DNA from: Lytechinus pictus
Taxonomy: Eukaryota
Length of the DNA stretch: 64,000 bases
Direction: 5' to 3'
Assembly: GCF_037042905.1 (NCBI RefSeq)
Contig: NC_087247.1
Span: forward strand, 11,418,148 to 11,482,147
Shown here: positions 48,290 to 59,930 of the stretch, one piece after another
Numbering within the stretch: position 1 is the stretch's first letter
Layout of the letters: every line of letters starts with the position of its first letter
The notes under the pieces: model-generated
What the model was told of the DNA's origin: nothing
Seen by the model: the letters and a program-made list of their open reading frames with translations, nothing else
Database searches by the model: none
Program-made: the position numbers and the translations under genes

Positions 48290-48670
48290 AATAATAATTA
48301 TATTATATTGGATGGCTCAGAATGGGATACCAGTGATGTTCCACAAGTTAGGGCCAATAATGCACGAATCATAGATGAGGGCAATATTACATTATTTACA
48401 TTATTATCATTATTATTTTTGATAGCCTAGATTGGCATACCGGTGATATTCCACAAGTAAGGGCCATTATTGCATAAATTATAGATGAGTGCAATATTAT
48501 TGTTATCATCATCATCTTCATTATCTTCATCATTATCATCATCATATTTATCATCATCATTGTTTCATCATCATCACCTTCATCATCATCATCATCTTCA
48601 TCATTACCATCACCATCATCACCATCTTCATCATCACCATCATCATCACCACCATCATCATTGTTTATTA
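48290..48670 (+). mobile_element. Short interspersed element (tattatattggatggctcagaatgg...gaatcatagatgag.gcaatattat) with a ~190-bp (CAT)n tail
   Basis: The element is at 48290-48480 (internally duplicated) and again at 52895-53030. The (catcat)n tail at 48480-48670 ends 30 bp before the exon 38 acceptor. Confidence 0.7.
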
Positions 48671-48701
48671 TCTCAATCTTCCGTTTATCTTACACCTGCA
48701 G

Positions 48702-48809
48702 GCCACTGCATCCAACGATTCTACCATTAAACTATGGGACATGAAAACGGGAAAGGTCAAATCTCACCTCAAAGGTCATCAGGCAGCTGTCTACTCTGTT
48801 GCTTTCTCT
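48702..48809 (+). CDS. TEP1: TEP1-like exon 38 (WD40)
   Basis: ATASNDSTIKLWDMKTGKVKSHLKGHQAAVYSVAFS. Human: ISCSSDGSVGLWDPESGQRLGQFLGHQSAVSAVAAV. Confidence 0.9.
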
Positions 48810-48959
48810 GTAAGTTATCAACTTTTATATATTCCTTCTCTAATCTCTGTGTTTATACCATTTTTTTTTCAAAGTTTCAAATTTGCAGATGTGTAGCTTT
48901 TGAGCCCTGTGCAGTTCTGTTGTGTTATAATGTACATGTTTAACCCTGATCCGAAATTC

Positions 48960-49170
48960 CATTGTAACTTATAATTGGATGATTCCATAACATTCGCTTC
49001 GGTGGCAATTGCGCTGCTATAATTTCCACACTCTAATTGAATGACTAACTTCAACCCTGGGTTTAACACTATACCCTATCCTTGACCTATCATAAGACCC
49101 AATTGCAACCCTATTCCAAACCCTACATCTTAGATGAAGTAAAGCCCAGAGCAGTTGTCGCAGGAGCAAT
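48960..49170. repeat. Interspersed repeat family with a GGAGCAATTGTCGCCGGAGCAAATG core and degenerate (TTAGGG)-like stretches
   Basis: Copies at 6130-6330 (gagttagggttagggttgctatagggtt), 7150-7270 and 48960-49170 (reverse complement, aaccctat...ccaaaccctaca). Confidence 0.6.
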
Positions 49171-49210
49171 TGTTGTGTCACCGTTTGGGTAGCTACTTTC
49201 CAATATTCAA

Positions 49211-49435
49211 TGTGGAGCGTTGTGGCCCAGTGGATTTGTCTCCGGACTTTGAAACAGAGGGTCGTGAGTTCGAATCCCAGCCATGGCATAATTTCCTTCG
49301 GCAAGAAATTTATCCACATTGTGCTGCACTCGACCCAGGTGAGGTGAATGGGTACCCGATAGGAAGAAATTCCTTGAATGCTCGAGCGCCCGATTAAGGT
49401 AGCCGTGCTAAAGCCGGGGTAATAATAATAGCAGG
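49211..49435 (+). mobile_element. tRNA-derived SINE, family C (plus)
   Basis: GTGGAGCGTTGTGGCCCAGTGGATTTGTCTCCGGACTTTGAAACAGAGGGTCGTGAGTTCGAATCCCAGCCATGGC, then body, then ...gctaaagccggggtaataataata. Confidence 0.85.
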
Positions 49436-49676
49436 GCCCGCTGGGAGAACAGTTTTGGGAACTGAAGTGGCTACCCTGGGTAAATATGCCGTTATTATTA
49501 TTGTTATTATATTCGTTTTTTACTATTGAAATTTTGATTACAGTGAAACCTCTCTATGATGACCATTTTAGGGAGACATGAAAGGTGGTCTTTTTGAGCA
49601 GGTGGTCTATATGGACAGGTTCCTTTTACATATGTTTCAATGGGAGAGATTATTCAAGGGAAACCAAACTTATAGG

Positions 49677-49986
49677 CCCGTATTCTGAAGTCGGGTTTAA
49701 CTTAAACTTAGGTTTAAAGTTGTGGTTTAAGTATGGATAGCCAATTTTTACATAAATCACTAACATAGAGGTATCATATTTCAGCTCATTTGGCTCTCAA
49801 ATCAATTATAATTGTCTAGGAAGTATAAATAGATGATTGTCTTCACCATCGATGAATCAGGAAAGAGCACAGTAAACATAAGAAACATACAACTTGATAA
49901 AAATTTTGTCACTTTTGGCTTCCCATACTTAAACCACAACTTTAAACCTGAGTTTAAGTTAAACCCGACTTCAGAATACGGGCTGT
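49677..49986. mobile_element. Intact MITE, family GGCCCGTATTCTGAAGTCGGGTTTAA (near-perfect ~45-bp TIRs)
   Basis: ggcccgtattctgaagtcgggtttaacttaaacttaggtttaaagttgtggtttaagtatgg at 49677. The reverse complement is at 49925-49986. Confidence 0.9.
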
Positions 49987-50958
49987 TGTCTTTATAGATG
50001 AGTGGTCCTTCTGTACAGGTGGTTGCTGAAGTAGGTTCGGCTGTTGCCGTGTAGATTTGAAAAATTCATTGATGTCTTGCTATGACTCCTCATAACACTT
50101 CTCCAATGCCTTCTTCTTGTCGGGTCACTTCACAAGACCTGTCCAGTGGAGGGTACAAGATCTGGCTCTGGAGTTAAAGGACTCCAGATCATCGGCAGTG
50201 CACGGACCAGAAGGTGTTGTATCGTCTGATCCGCCCCACACTCGCAAGCAGTGTCCCCATCTATGTTGTAGCCCCATTTCTGCATAAGGACTTTTCACCA
50301 TCCTGTCCCAGACCGTAGGCGTTTAAGACATAGCCAGGTTGGCCATTCCTTACTTGAACCCAGGGAGAGTGACTCGCTAGGTCCATAGGAAAGCTTGTGC
50401 GTCACAGACTGGAGGTGGTTGGACCACCTGCCTGAATGCAGCATCAAATCCTTGATCAAACACGAAAGATGGAGCTTAGCAACACTAGTCCTCCTGATCA
50501 TACATGACAATATTCAATTTCAAGTCTAATGGGGTATTGCACGAAACTTGCGATCAATTGCAAGTATATTTTCTGTCTCGAAATGAATTATAAGTTTTGA
50601 AATTAATTGTGAATTTGCAATTGATTTCTTATCTGCTTCGTAAGACATGCAGTGTAATCGGATTTGCTACAATTAAACTTGATCTATCAATTGTAAACTT
50701 GCAACAGAATATTTGCAATTGATTGCAAGTATTTTCTTGCAACACCCCCTAAGAAATGATTCAGAGTTGCCCATATCAGCTCTCGACAAGTGAAATCTGC
50801 CACATAGGATAAGCTTTGACATTGCAGTGGATGGGGATTTTGGGGGGCTCTTTTTTTTTATTGTCCTGTGGGCTATTTTGATAATTTTAGGGGGACATCA
50901 CCCCGAACCCCCATGTAATTGTTTTCCCTGGTCTGAAGTAGTCATGGGAAGAGTAATG

Positions 50959-51215
50959 TGTGGAGCGTTGTGGCCATGTGGATAAGTCCTCTGACTTGGA
51001 AACAGAGAGTCGTGGGTTCGAATCCCAGCCATGGCGTAATTTCCATTAGCAAGGAATTCGTCAAAATTGTGCTGCACTCAACCCAGGTGAGATGAATGTG
51101 TACCTGGCAGGAATTATTCCTTGAAATGCCACCGCGCTGTAAAAGGCTCCAGGGCTAAAGCCAGGGTAATGATATCCAAGTCCTTTGGAAGTGCATTTGG
51201 ACGTTTTGACATAAT
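50959..51215 (+). mobile_element. tRNA-derived SINE, family C (plus), second copy 1.5 kb downstream of the first
   Basis: TGTGGAGCGTTGTGGCCATGTGGATAAGTCCTCTGACTTGGAAACAGAGAGTCGTGGGTTCGAATCCCAGCCATGGCG ... gctaaagccagggtaatgatatccaagtcctttgg. Confidence 0.85.
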
Positions 51216-51374
51216 GTGATATGCACTATACAAGAACTGCATTATCATTATCCTGTGGGCTATTTTGATAATTGAGGGGCACATCACCCCGAGCCCCCAT
51301 GTAGTTGTTTTCCCTGGTCTGAAGTAGCCGTCGGGGAAGTAACCATATGTTTACCTCTGATGAATCCTTTGCAG

Positions 51375-51525
51375 CATGGATGTGTTGTAACGGGATGCCT
51401 GGATGCATCGGTCAAGGTCTGGTCTCATCGTGGTGTGGAGATCACCACTCTCTATGGTCACTCACAGAAGGTCAACAAGGTGGACATTCATATACCAGAC
51501 AGAGGAAGCGATGTTCCCGCAATAG
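51375..51525 (+). CDS. TEP1: TEP1-like exon 39 (WD40)
   Basis: HGCVVTGCLDASVKVWSHRGVEITTLYGHSQKVNKVDIHIPDRGSDVPAI. Human: EHVVSVSRDGTLKVWDHQGVELTSIPAHSGPIS. Confidence 0.85.
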
Positions 51526-51689
51526 GTGAGTGAAATGGGTTTGATGATGGTTTGAAGAGCAAGTCCACTCCAGCAAAAAGTTTATTTGAATGAAAAGAGA
51601 AAAATAAGACGAGCATGATGCTGGAAGTCTCGCCAAAATCAGAATTTGAGTAAGGTTGAGCTATGACTATTCAATTTCAAGGAATTGCT

Positions 51690-51860
51690 GATGATGAGGA
51701 AGGTGATGATGATGATGATGATGATAATGATGATGATGATGGTGGTATAGGTGGTGGTATCGGTGGTGGTACTGGTGATGTTGGTATTTGTGATGATGAT
51801 GATGAGGATGATGACAATATTTATGATAACTATGATGATGAATGTGATTGCCGAAAGATG
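51690..51860. repeat. (GAT)n microsatellite in the intron between exons 39 and 40
   Basis: gatgatgatgatgataatgatgatgatgatggtggt...; ends ~35 bp before the exon 40 acceptor. Confidence 0.95.
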
Positions 51861-51892
51861 AAAAATAATGATAATCACTTCTACCCCGGTAG

Positions 51893-52083
51893 ATGACGAC
51901 AGCGATGATGAAGGCAAGGACGACACGCCTGGAGCCAACTGGTCAGATATGATGGCAGAAGAAGAATGGAAGAATCGTCATGGGAAGAAGAAGTTGGACA
52001 AAGACGCTAATATCAACCTGGAAGAGATTATGATTGCATCGGCCAGTGATGATGGTACCACACAGCTCTGGAAACCCCTACAG
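51893..52083 (+). CDS. TEP1: TEP1-like exon 40 (acidic insert plus WD40 end)
   Basis: DDDSDDEGKDDTPGANWSDMMAEEEWKNRHGKKKLDKDANINLEEIMIASASDDGTTQLWKPLQ. Human: VTVGLDGATRLWHPLL. ggtag| and CAG|gtgagg. Confidence 0.8.
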
Positions 52084-52099
52084 GTGAGGTCCTGTGAAA

Positions 52100-52660
52100 C
52101 CATATGTCTTCAAATTTTTTTTTTCTTTGTTATCTTGATTGATGAGATATGTAGCCACTTTCGTTCTTTTCAGAATGATCTCTCTTGTCTTTACTTCATT
52201 TTTCTTTCTCTGTATATCTTTAACTTTATCCCATCTTTCATTTGCTTCCTTTAAAAAAAATTCTTCTCAGAAATTTCACTTTCTAAGGTCATTTCATTTT
52301 CCTGATTTTTTTTTCTCTTTATTATTGTTTTTTTTTTCATTCTTCTTTTTGTTCATCTTCTTCCCCTTCCCTCCTTCTTCCCATTTCTCTTCTCATTCCT
52401 CTGCCTCTTTCTCTTCTTCCTTGTCTTCTCCTATCTATTCCTCTTCTTCTTTCGAATCCTTCCTCTTCCTTTTCTCTCGTCCCTTTCTCTTCTTTTTCCT
52501 CTTCCTCCTTCCCTGTCTCCTTTATCAAAATTCTTCCCCCTCAATTTCCCTTTTCCTTCTTTTCTCTTTTTACACTCCTGTTCCTTTTCCCTTTTCTTTT
52601 TCCCACTTACCTTTTTATTTCTTTCTCTTTCCTTCCTCTGTTTACATTAATTAAAAAATC
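52100..52660. repeat. ~550-bp polypyrimidine (CT-rich) tract right after the exon 40 donor
   Basis: The plus strand is almost exclusively C/T (ttcttctttttgttcatcttcttccccttccctccttcttccc...). Confidence 0.9.
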
Positions 52661-54321
52661 TCCTTGCTTATTGAATCTGTTTCTCTAAGGTCTCAAATTG
52701 GGCTTCTTTAGTTGGATCTGACAAGGAGAATATCATGAATTTTAATTCAGGCATTACTGTGAGTCTCTGCCTGTAAAAGCACACAGCAAATTATATATGT
52801 GCATGTTCACTTGCACTCCGATATTATTTTACTTCTTTAAAAGTTCCTAATAGGCCTGAGTCGGTCACTCCCCCCCCCCCTGAACTCAATATGTACAGTT
52901 GTATATTATATTGGATGGCTCAGAATGGAATATCAGATATATTCCAAGAGTTAAGGCCAATATTGCATGAATCATAGATGAGTGCAATATTATTATTATC
53001 ATTATCATCATCACCATCATATATTGGCCCTTAGGAGTGGATTAATTTCTGGTATTCCATAAAATAAAGCCATCCAATGTAATTATTACTATCTATCCCC
53101 CCCTAAAGTAAAAAAATTGATTAGGCAAGTCATGTCACTAATTCCTACAATCAGTAAATATCGCCTCACTCCATAAAATCAATTTGATTGTTACGACTCA
53201 CATGTAAACTCACTATGACGTCATTGCGCTCTATGCTGTGCAACGCATGGCATTAATTGTTTTACGCATTGTATTTTTCGCACATGGGCATTAGACTATT
53301 GAATACGGTCTCGTATTGAACAGCAAGATTTGTACAGAAGCCTATGGGATATTTATCGGATATTGGTCCTTTGTTCAATATGCTGTCGTATTGAACAGGC
53401 AAATTATGCAGACTAAGATACGTGTTTTGTGATGCATCGCAGAAACACTTTATTAGATAATAATCCTCAATACTTCTTACAAAATTTGTTTTTGGGGAAA
53501 ATGAAATATCAATGATTTTTAAACATTCTAAATGCTCAAATTCCTGAGATCCATTTGACAAAAGACTTTTGAAGTGACCCAGCCCTAGTCCCTACTATAA
53601 ATGTTGTATGGAGCCAAATGGTGATTCTTGCCCGCTATGACCATCATTAACCTTTCAACCTTTGAGCATTGATGTACTTGGCATGTATTTATGTATTATA
53701 TACTGATGCTTCATTAAGTTAAGTTTCTTTCACAGATAAGAAAAGCCCTTCCATTCTTATCGACAGAAACGGCATCCTCTTTCATGATCGTGCAAATATA
53801 TAGCTTTAATCGGCCATGTTCATACATGTACCTCCAAATCAAATGTCTCGGCAAAGTACATGTCTTGAATAATTTGAATGCTATTTTTCTATTTATCATT
53901 TTTATAATTTTCAGTATCTCATATTCATTTGCATGAATGTATATCAATTGCAAATTGTGAATGCTTTTTCTTTGTGAGGGGAGGGGTAGCGAAAAAGTTA
54001 CATGTACACCCGGGCTCGGGGATGACTTCACTCCCCAAATACTCAACAGAGCCGTGGAGAATAAACAAGATAAATAAGGAAGGTAGTACTGTCACGGTTA
54101 TGAACATCAAATATTTGTACGATAATTTATGTCATTAAACAATAAGATGTTCCATGTGTCAAATTCACATCAAATATAAAAATATTTTATTCTAAGATCG
54201 CGTCGCAGACCCATCATAAGTTGTGCAGTGGCCTTTATATGTAAAGCATTCTGTGTTTGTTTGGTATATTCTGTACAGTATTATCATTCAACCTAATGTT
54301 CCCCTCTTGACCTTCTTGCAG

Positions 54322-54441
54322 AGTAATGAATTGACCACCCTGATTGGTCACTCAGACCGGGTGTTGAGTGTTGCTATGGCAACCAGCGGTCAGGTGGTCA
54401 CTACCTCCATGGATTGCACAGTCAAGATCTGGAAGCCCCAG
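54322..54441 (+). CDS. TEP1: TEP1-like exon 41 (WD40)
   Basis: SNELTTLIGHSDRVLSVAMATSGQVVTTSMDCTVKIWKPQ. Human: VCQTHTLLGHSGPVRAAAVSETSGLMLTASEDGSVRLWQVP. Confidence 0.9.
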
Positions 54442-54887
54442 GTATGTTATTTCTTAAAGCCATTTTTTGAACAAATATTTCAAGACAATTTTCAGCTATT
54501 TACTAATTGTATTCTCTGTTGATGTATTATTCAAACATTCTCGATCAGGTGGGTGTTTCATAAAGCTGTTCTTGAGTTATGAAAGAATTTGAATGCTGGT
54601 ACGAGAATAACTAAATTGAGAAAGCTTAGTGTTATTTTGTATTCCAATGATAGTTAATCGCATGCAAAAGAAATCAAATTGATCAGCAAAATTTTGCTTT
54701 TTAATTGTTGATCCACATTGCCAGTTGATTTCGCGTGAAATGAAACCAAAAATGTTTATATTCTGATGATAAATTTAGGAAGATGGCCAGGGAAAACCTA
54801 TATTGTTGTATTTGTTTTTGTTGTCATTATTGTATTATGATTTTTTTTAATTAATATTATAAATCACCTTCTTTTCTTTTTGAACAG

Positions 54888-54982
54888 CTTTCTCCAGACC
54901 TCGTCCATATAGGAGCTCATGATGGCGAGGTATCAGCCGTTGCCATGTCAACCAAGACCAACTTCGCCATCACTGCAAGCAG
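54888..54982 (+). CDS. TEP1: TEP1-like exon 42 (WD40)
   Basis: LSPDLVHIGAHDGEVSAVAMSTKTNFAITAS. Human: CIPRSSAAVTAVAWAPDGSMAVSGNQAG. Confidence 0.85.
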
Positions 54983-55742
54983 GTCAGTGCCCTGTTTCAT
55001 AAAGCATCGTGATCGATCACAAATTTTCTCAGCCAATCACATGTCACCATTTCACAAGCTTATAGAATTTCATGTTTTAACTTTTATTTATAATTTTTTT
55101 TATAGCATGGTTTGGAAAATATTGCAAATCGATGGCCTTGAAAACCGTTAATCAGTGAAATAGTCTGTAACTAGTGTCACTTCATAACTTTATGGAGATT
55201 TTACCTTTACATGCTTCTGTTTTGAAGTACAACCTTTCATTTTGATTATATAATTTTTGTTATCAAGACAATAACTTCACTGTAGAATCAAATGATTTTC
55301 AATCCACTCATTAGTAAGTTTTGGGTGTCACAGTTGCTCTGAATAGCATTGTCTCATAAAAGTGTATAAAAATTACCAGGACTGATTACTTTGGGGGGTC
55401 TCAAAGTCAAAGGTCTGAGTGGTCATTTTGTCCATTTAAATAACTTGTCCTTAGGATAACTTGAGAACCATTAGAAGGATCAACTTCAAACTAATCTCAT
55501 AAGTGCATATTGGAATGACGATGATCTGAACATTGGGGTGCAGATGATTTAATTATACTTGGATTTCTTGAAGCAATAGTGATGGATTTCCCAATTCCAT
55601 TATCATTTAAAATAAAATTCTAAAAAAATCTATTTACCTCTCATAATTCTCGAGTGCTGTTGACAATAAATTGTGGCAGCTCTTGCTTCTGTCCCTCATT
55701 TATATTTTTATTAACAATCAACCCTTTTGTTTGTGACATCAG

Positions 55743-55824
55743 GAATGGCAGTGCTTGTCTGTGGAAGGTGAATGGGTCTAACAAGGATGAAGGCCAATCA
55801 ATGACACTCCTTCATTCGTGGATG
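55743..55824 (+). CDS. TEP1: TEP1-like exon 43 (WD40)
   Basis: NGSACLWKVNGSNKDEGQSMTLLHSWM. Phase 2 in, 0 out. catcag| and ATG|gtaagt. Confidence 0.7.
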
Positions 55825-56576
55825 GTAAGTAAAACAAAATATTATCTTTTCATTTACCATCATATTGTTGTTGTTATTTTTAATAAATTCATTACATAAC
55901 TGCCAACTTTTCCTATTGGAATATATCTATTTTTGGTAAAGGTAAATTGCCATTTTAATCATTGTGTTCCTATTTCTGTGAAATTTTTATGTGGTATTGA
56001 ATGGGAAATTCAAGAATATTCCTAATTCTGGAAATTTCTTGGTAATTTGTTTCCATTTCTTGGCGCTCAGGATTTGCAGGTATGAGAAGATCAGAATTAC
56101 CCTAGCAGGCATGATATTCTCCCGATTTTCAATCGGATATCTGATTTTTTTTCTTTTCCTGTTCATTGTCAATGACCTCAATGTTTTTGTGATTTCATAT
56201 TGTAATAAACGATCATGTTTTGAAAAACAAACAATTTGTTGGGGTTGAATTATTTTCGGTCGATGTAAAGCTTTGAGAGATTCGGTCATATGTTTTATGA
56301 AGGGACTTTAACATGAGCGGGTGAGAAGCTTGTACCGTGGTTTGTGTAGAAATGCATTGTGTGTGTGCGCATGTGAGGACAACAGGGGTGTGTTGGATTT
56401 TATTTTGGCTGAATTGTAACGATGAAGGTAGGCCTCTAGGCCTTGTCGTATACATTGTCGCTTTTATTGCTACTGAATTGATTGGAATGAAAAAGTTTGA
56501 ACTTTCTTTGAAGCAAAGTCCATTATGACATATGTGTTTAATTCATTCGATATTCCTCACCCTCTGTCCAAACCAG

Positions 56577-56710
56577 GCTGCGGAGTGCGCCGTCAATGCA
56601 GTGTGCTTCATTGGAAAGCATATGACCTTCGCCTTGGGTAAGGATGACGGCGTCATCACACTGTGGAAGATACAAGAACTCAAGGACAAACCCGGATCAT
56701 ACACAACCGT
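56577..56710 (+). CDS. TEP1: TEP1-like exon 44 (WD40)
   Basis: AAECAVNAVCFIGKHMTFALGKDDGVITLWKIQELKDKPGSYTT. Donor CGT|gtaagt chosen because the alternative CC|gtgtaa puts a stop in the next exon. Confidence 0.8.
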
Positions 56711-57429
56711 GTAAGTAATGTAATCTATGGTCTCGGAAACAAGCCAACTTCTAAGATCTATCTATGCATTAACAGACGACTATTAATTGTACCCAAGTTG
56801 AAAATACACTGTACAATCAGTTGCTGGATTTATTGCTAGAATTATTTCTGGATTTATGTAGAAAATATTAACTCCACATACCTGGCCTTGCCAATAGTTC
56901 CCATTTATATACTATTAACCTACAAACTAAGGTCCTGTGGCGACTGTTCACCCTTACCAGGCTTTATACCCTATTCATTAATTGTTATTAACTGTTTACT
57001 TTCCTAATGTATGTACTCTCCTTATCAATGTTACCATTTTTTGTTTTGTTCTTTTGCTGAATTATGTATCTATCTTGTATTTCCACATTTGTTATGTCTT
57101 ACATGTTTGTAAACCTTGTACCTATCTGCTTACACAGAAGGTGTCCTAGGTTATTTATTGCAAATATGCTGGCATTAAACCAATAAAGTGTATTTGCTTG
57201 AGAAAAAAAACCCCAAAATTTTGTATTTCATTTGGCTTATAATTTCAATTCAGTTGAGTTTCAATGACCACTGTGTATCATGGGGACCTTCCTGATTTTT
57301 TTTTTGGGGGGGGGAGGGTCACATATACCAAATGGTTTATTATTATGTTGAATGTTTCTTCTTCGTTCGAGCATTGATATATTTTTAGAAGGAATGATAG
57401 CCCAAACCTATCTTCTTTTTTTTCCTCAG

Positions 57430-57597
57430 GAAAGGGAACAATCGTTTCTTGAATGTGCACTCCTTCACCTCCATGCCTAGCCCGGTGACCTGTCTCAGGT
57501 ACGATGATGCTCAAGACATCCTGTACGTCGGCACGTGGAGCTCGGTTATTACCCTAAGGGGTTTCACCTCCAACAAGATCAAACAGAATGCAAAGGG
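57430..57597 (+). CDS. TEP1: TEP1-like exon 45 (WD40)
   Basis: KGNNRFLNVHSFTSMPSPVTCLRYDDAQDILYVGTWSSVITLRGFTSNKIKQNAK. cctcag| and GGG|gtaagt. Confidence 0.8.
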
Positions 57598-57609
57598 GTA
57601 AGTAATGCA

Positions 57610-57906
57610 AGGATGAAAGAGTATTGGTGATGATGGTTGTGGTGGTAGTGGTGGTGGTGGTGGTTGTCTTCATGATGATTTTGATAATGATGATTGCGAT
57701 GGTGATGATGATGATGATGACGACGAAGATTACGACAAAGATGACGATGATGACGATGATGATGTTGATGATGATGATGACGAAGATTACGACAAAGATG
57801 ACGATGATGATGTTGATGATGATGATGATGAAGATGATGACGATGATGATGAGAAGATTAATATGATGACGATTATGATGATGATGATGAGGATGACGAC
57901 GATGAC

Positions 57907-57946
<40 letters not shown>

Positions 57947-57965
57947 GTGATGATGATTACAGTGA
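57610..57965. repeat. (GAT)n microsatellite, ~350 bp, starting 12 bp after the exon 45 donor
   Basis: gatgatggttgtggtggtagtggtggtggtgg...gatgatgatgatgatgatgatg. Yields the spurious poly-His ORF on the minus strand. Confidence 0.95.
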
Positions 57966-58088
57966 TGACCATGAACAATATGATAATGCATGCCCCCCCC
58001 TCAAATAAAAAAGATTGATCAGGCTAAATATCTTTCAATAATCTAAGTAAATCCATTAATGTAATGATAATTTTTGTTGTCATTCTAG

Positions 58089-58179
58089 TGTACCTGGCTG
58101 GGTATTGGACATGACCTTGGTCAAGGATAAAGGCATAGGAGCATCTCTTACTGATGGCAAGGTGGTGTGCGGCAAGGAG
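58089..58179 (+). CDS. TEP1: TEP1-like exon 46
   Basis: VPGWVLDMTLVKDKGIGASLTDGKVVCGKE. ttctag| and GAG|gtaggt. Phase-consistent. Confidence 0.65.
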
Positions 58180-58886
58180 GTAGGTTTTTCCTCCATCCTC
58201 AGGGGCTGTTTCATCATGGCACAGTCACATTAAAGAAACCGGCTCCAAGCCGACCTACGGACTGTCCTTGAAAATAGTGAAGTAGACTTTGACGGTCTGG
58301 AGTCTGTTTTCCATTGTGACTGTATCATAAAGCTTTTGTAAAGTTATGCATGACTTTACCAGCGACTGGGACTTGTCCTTGAGTGCTAAATTTGAACTAT
58401 GCTTGTATACATTTTATATATTTGATTTTATTTTTGTACGTTTTGTTGTCATCAAGTGATAAAGATCTGATTATGAAGATAATGATTATTATGATCATGA
58501 TAGTGATCTGATCATGAAGATCGTCATTCATATCACATGTTTCATGTGTGTTACCTGTGTGGAATAAGATCTTTTAACAGAACCTCATTGTCTGTCTTTC
58601 ACGTGTATTCAACATGTTCTTTCCATAATAAGAGTTCAGTTTTCATCATGATGGTCATATTGAACATGAGAATTACCGACAGATCACCTAATTCATCTCA
58701 TGATGAATTCAAATTCTAGTTGATTTTATTTTTCTATGTTTTGTTGTCATCAAGTGATAAAGATTCATGTTATAAAGATTATCACTTTCTTATCTTTCTC
58801 CTTCCTGAATATTATATGTATATTATTTAGATTTTACCAATTTCATATGAACCCTTATCAAACAACTTTTTTTTTTTTTTTTACAG

Positions 58887-59060
58887 AAAACGATGGAGAC
58901 GCTTGATATATGTGAGCTGTCTCCGGTCCCAGTCTCCTGGTGTCGCTCCTTGATCATCTCTCCTCCTCAAATTGGCAACATTAGAGGATTCCTGGTTGGA
59001 GATTATGATGGCCATGTGATGCATGTTAGTGACAACAGGGTGGTCAATGTGATCAAACAG
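58887..59060 (+). CDS. TEP1: TEP1-like exon 47 (last exon found in window)
   Basis: KTMETLDICELSPVPVSWCRSLIISPPQIGNIRGFLVGDYDGHVMHVSDNRVVNVIKQ. Acceptor (t)14acag|, donor CAG|gtaaga. No further coding-like segment found to 64000. Confidence 0.7.
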
Positions 59061-59639
59061 GTAAGAAGTTCAAGATTTTTAAGGGAGGAGATTTGCTTAA
59101 GTTTTAGGTGATCATCATTATCATTATTTTAAGTGATATTACGTGGAATGATGAAAAATTGTTCCTTCAAATAAATGCTTTTCACTGCAAAAGATGGTGC
59201 TACATGTACATGTATGCTACAGATACCCTCACAATCTATGAGAAAGACATCTGAAATGGGTTAGACTATTTGTGTATAGTCCCACACATACCGTTTTGCG
59301 GGAGTCCCTGGACCTTCTGAAGAATTAATAGTCAATTCCTTATCATTTTTAGTGATTCCATCGCTTTACAGGAATAAAAACAGTATGTTTGTGCCTTTTA
59401 TACAGCCTGTCACAATAACTTTCAGACAATTTCCCTCATTTTTCAAGTTAATGACCAACAAAAAAATTATCTTCAATGTTTTAGGGTGAAAATTGTATCA
59501 AATGGGATGATGTTTCCTTTGACATGGCATAGTGGCTTGACTTATGGGAGCTTGTACCATCGTATTGAATGCTCTTTGTATATTCACAACTAGTTTTATA
59601 GTAAGGTGTTTTTTTTTGTCTCGCCTGCATAGCAGAGCG

Positions 59640-59930
59640 AGACGACAGTGAAGGCGTCGCATTTCCGATGGTGGCGGCAGCGTCGTCAACATTGAAATCT
59701 TAACGTAAGGTTTACTTTTTTAAATGTCATCATAACTTGGAAAGTACATGGACCTAGTTCATGAAACTTGGATCTAAGAGTAATCAAGTATCACTGAACA
59801 TCCCATGCAAATTTCAGGTCACATGACCAAGGTCAAAGGTCACTCATTTTAGCACTGCTGCTTTATTGATTTGCGTAATGCGGGCAAGACTGCCAGAGGC
59901 ATTCCTCTTGTTTTAATATAAGCCCAGGCC
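59640..59930. mobile_element. Solo internal segment of the foldback-element family (one DR1-bearing unit plus junction)
   Basis: gcggcagcgtcgtcaacattgaaatcttaacgtaaggttt...ccaaggtcaaaggtcactcatt...agcactgctgctttattgatttgcgtaatgcgggcaagactgccagaggcattcctcttgtt parallels 34140-34200 and 34985-35050. Confidence 0.7.

Noticed and set aside
52139-52654. 171-aa plus-strand ORF (poly-Phe/Ser/Leu)
   Set aside because: Lies entirely in the polypyrimidine tract. Low-complexity translation, not a gene.
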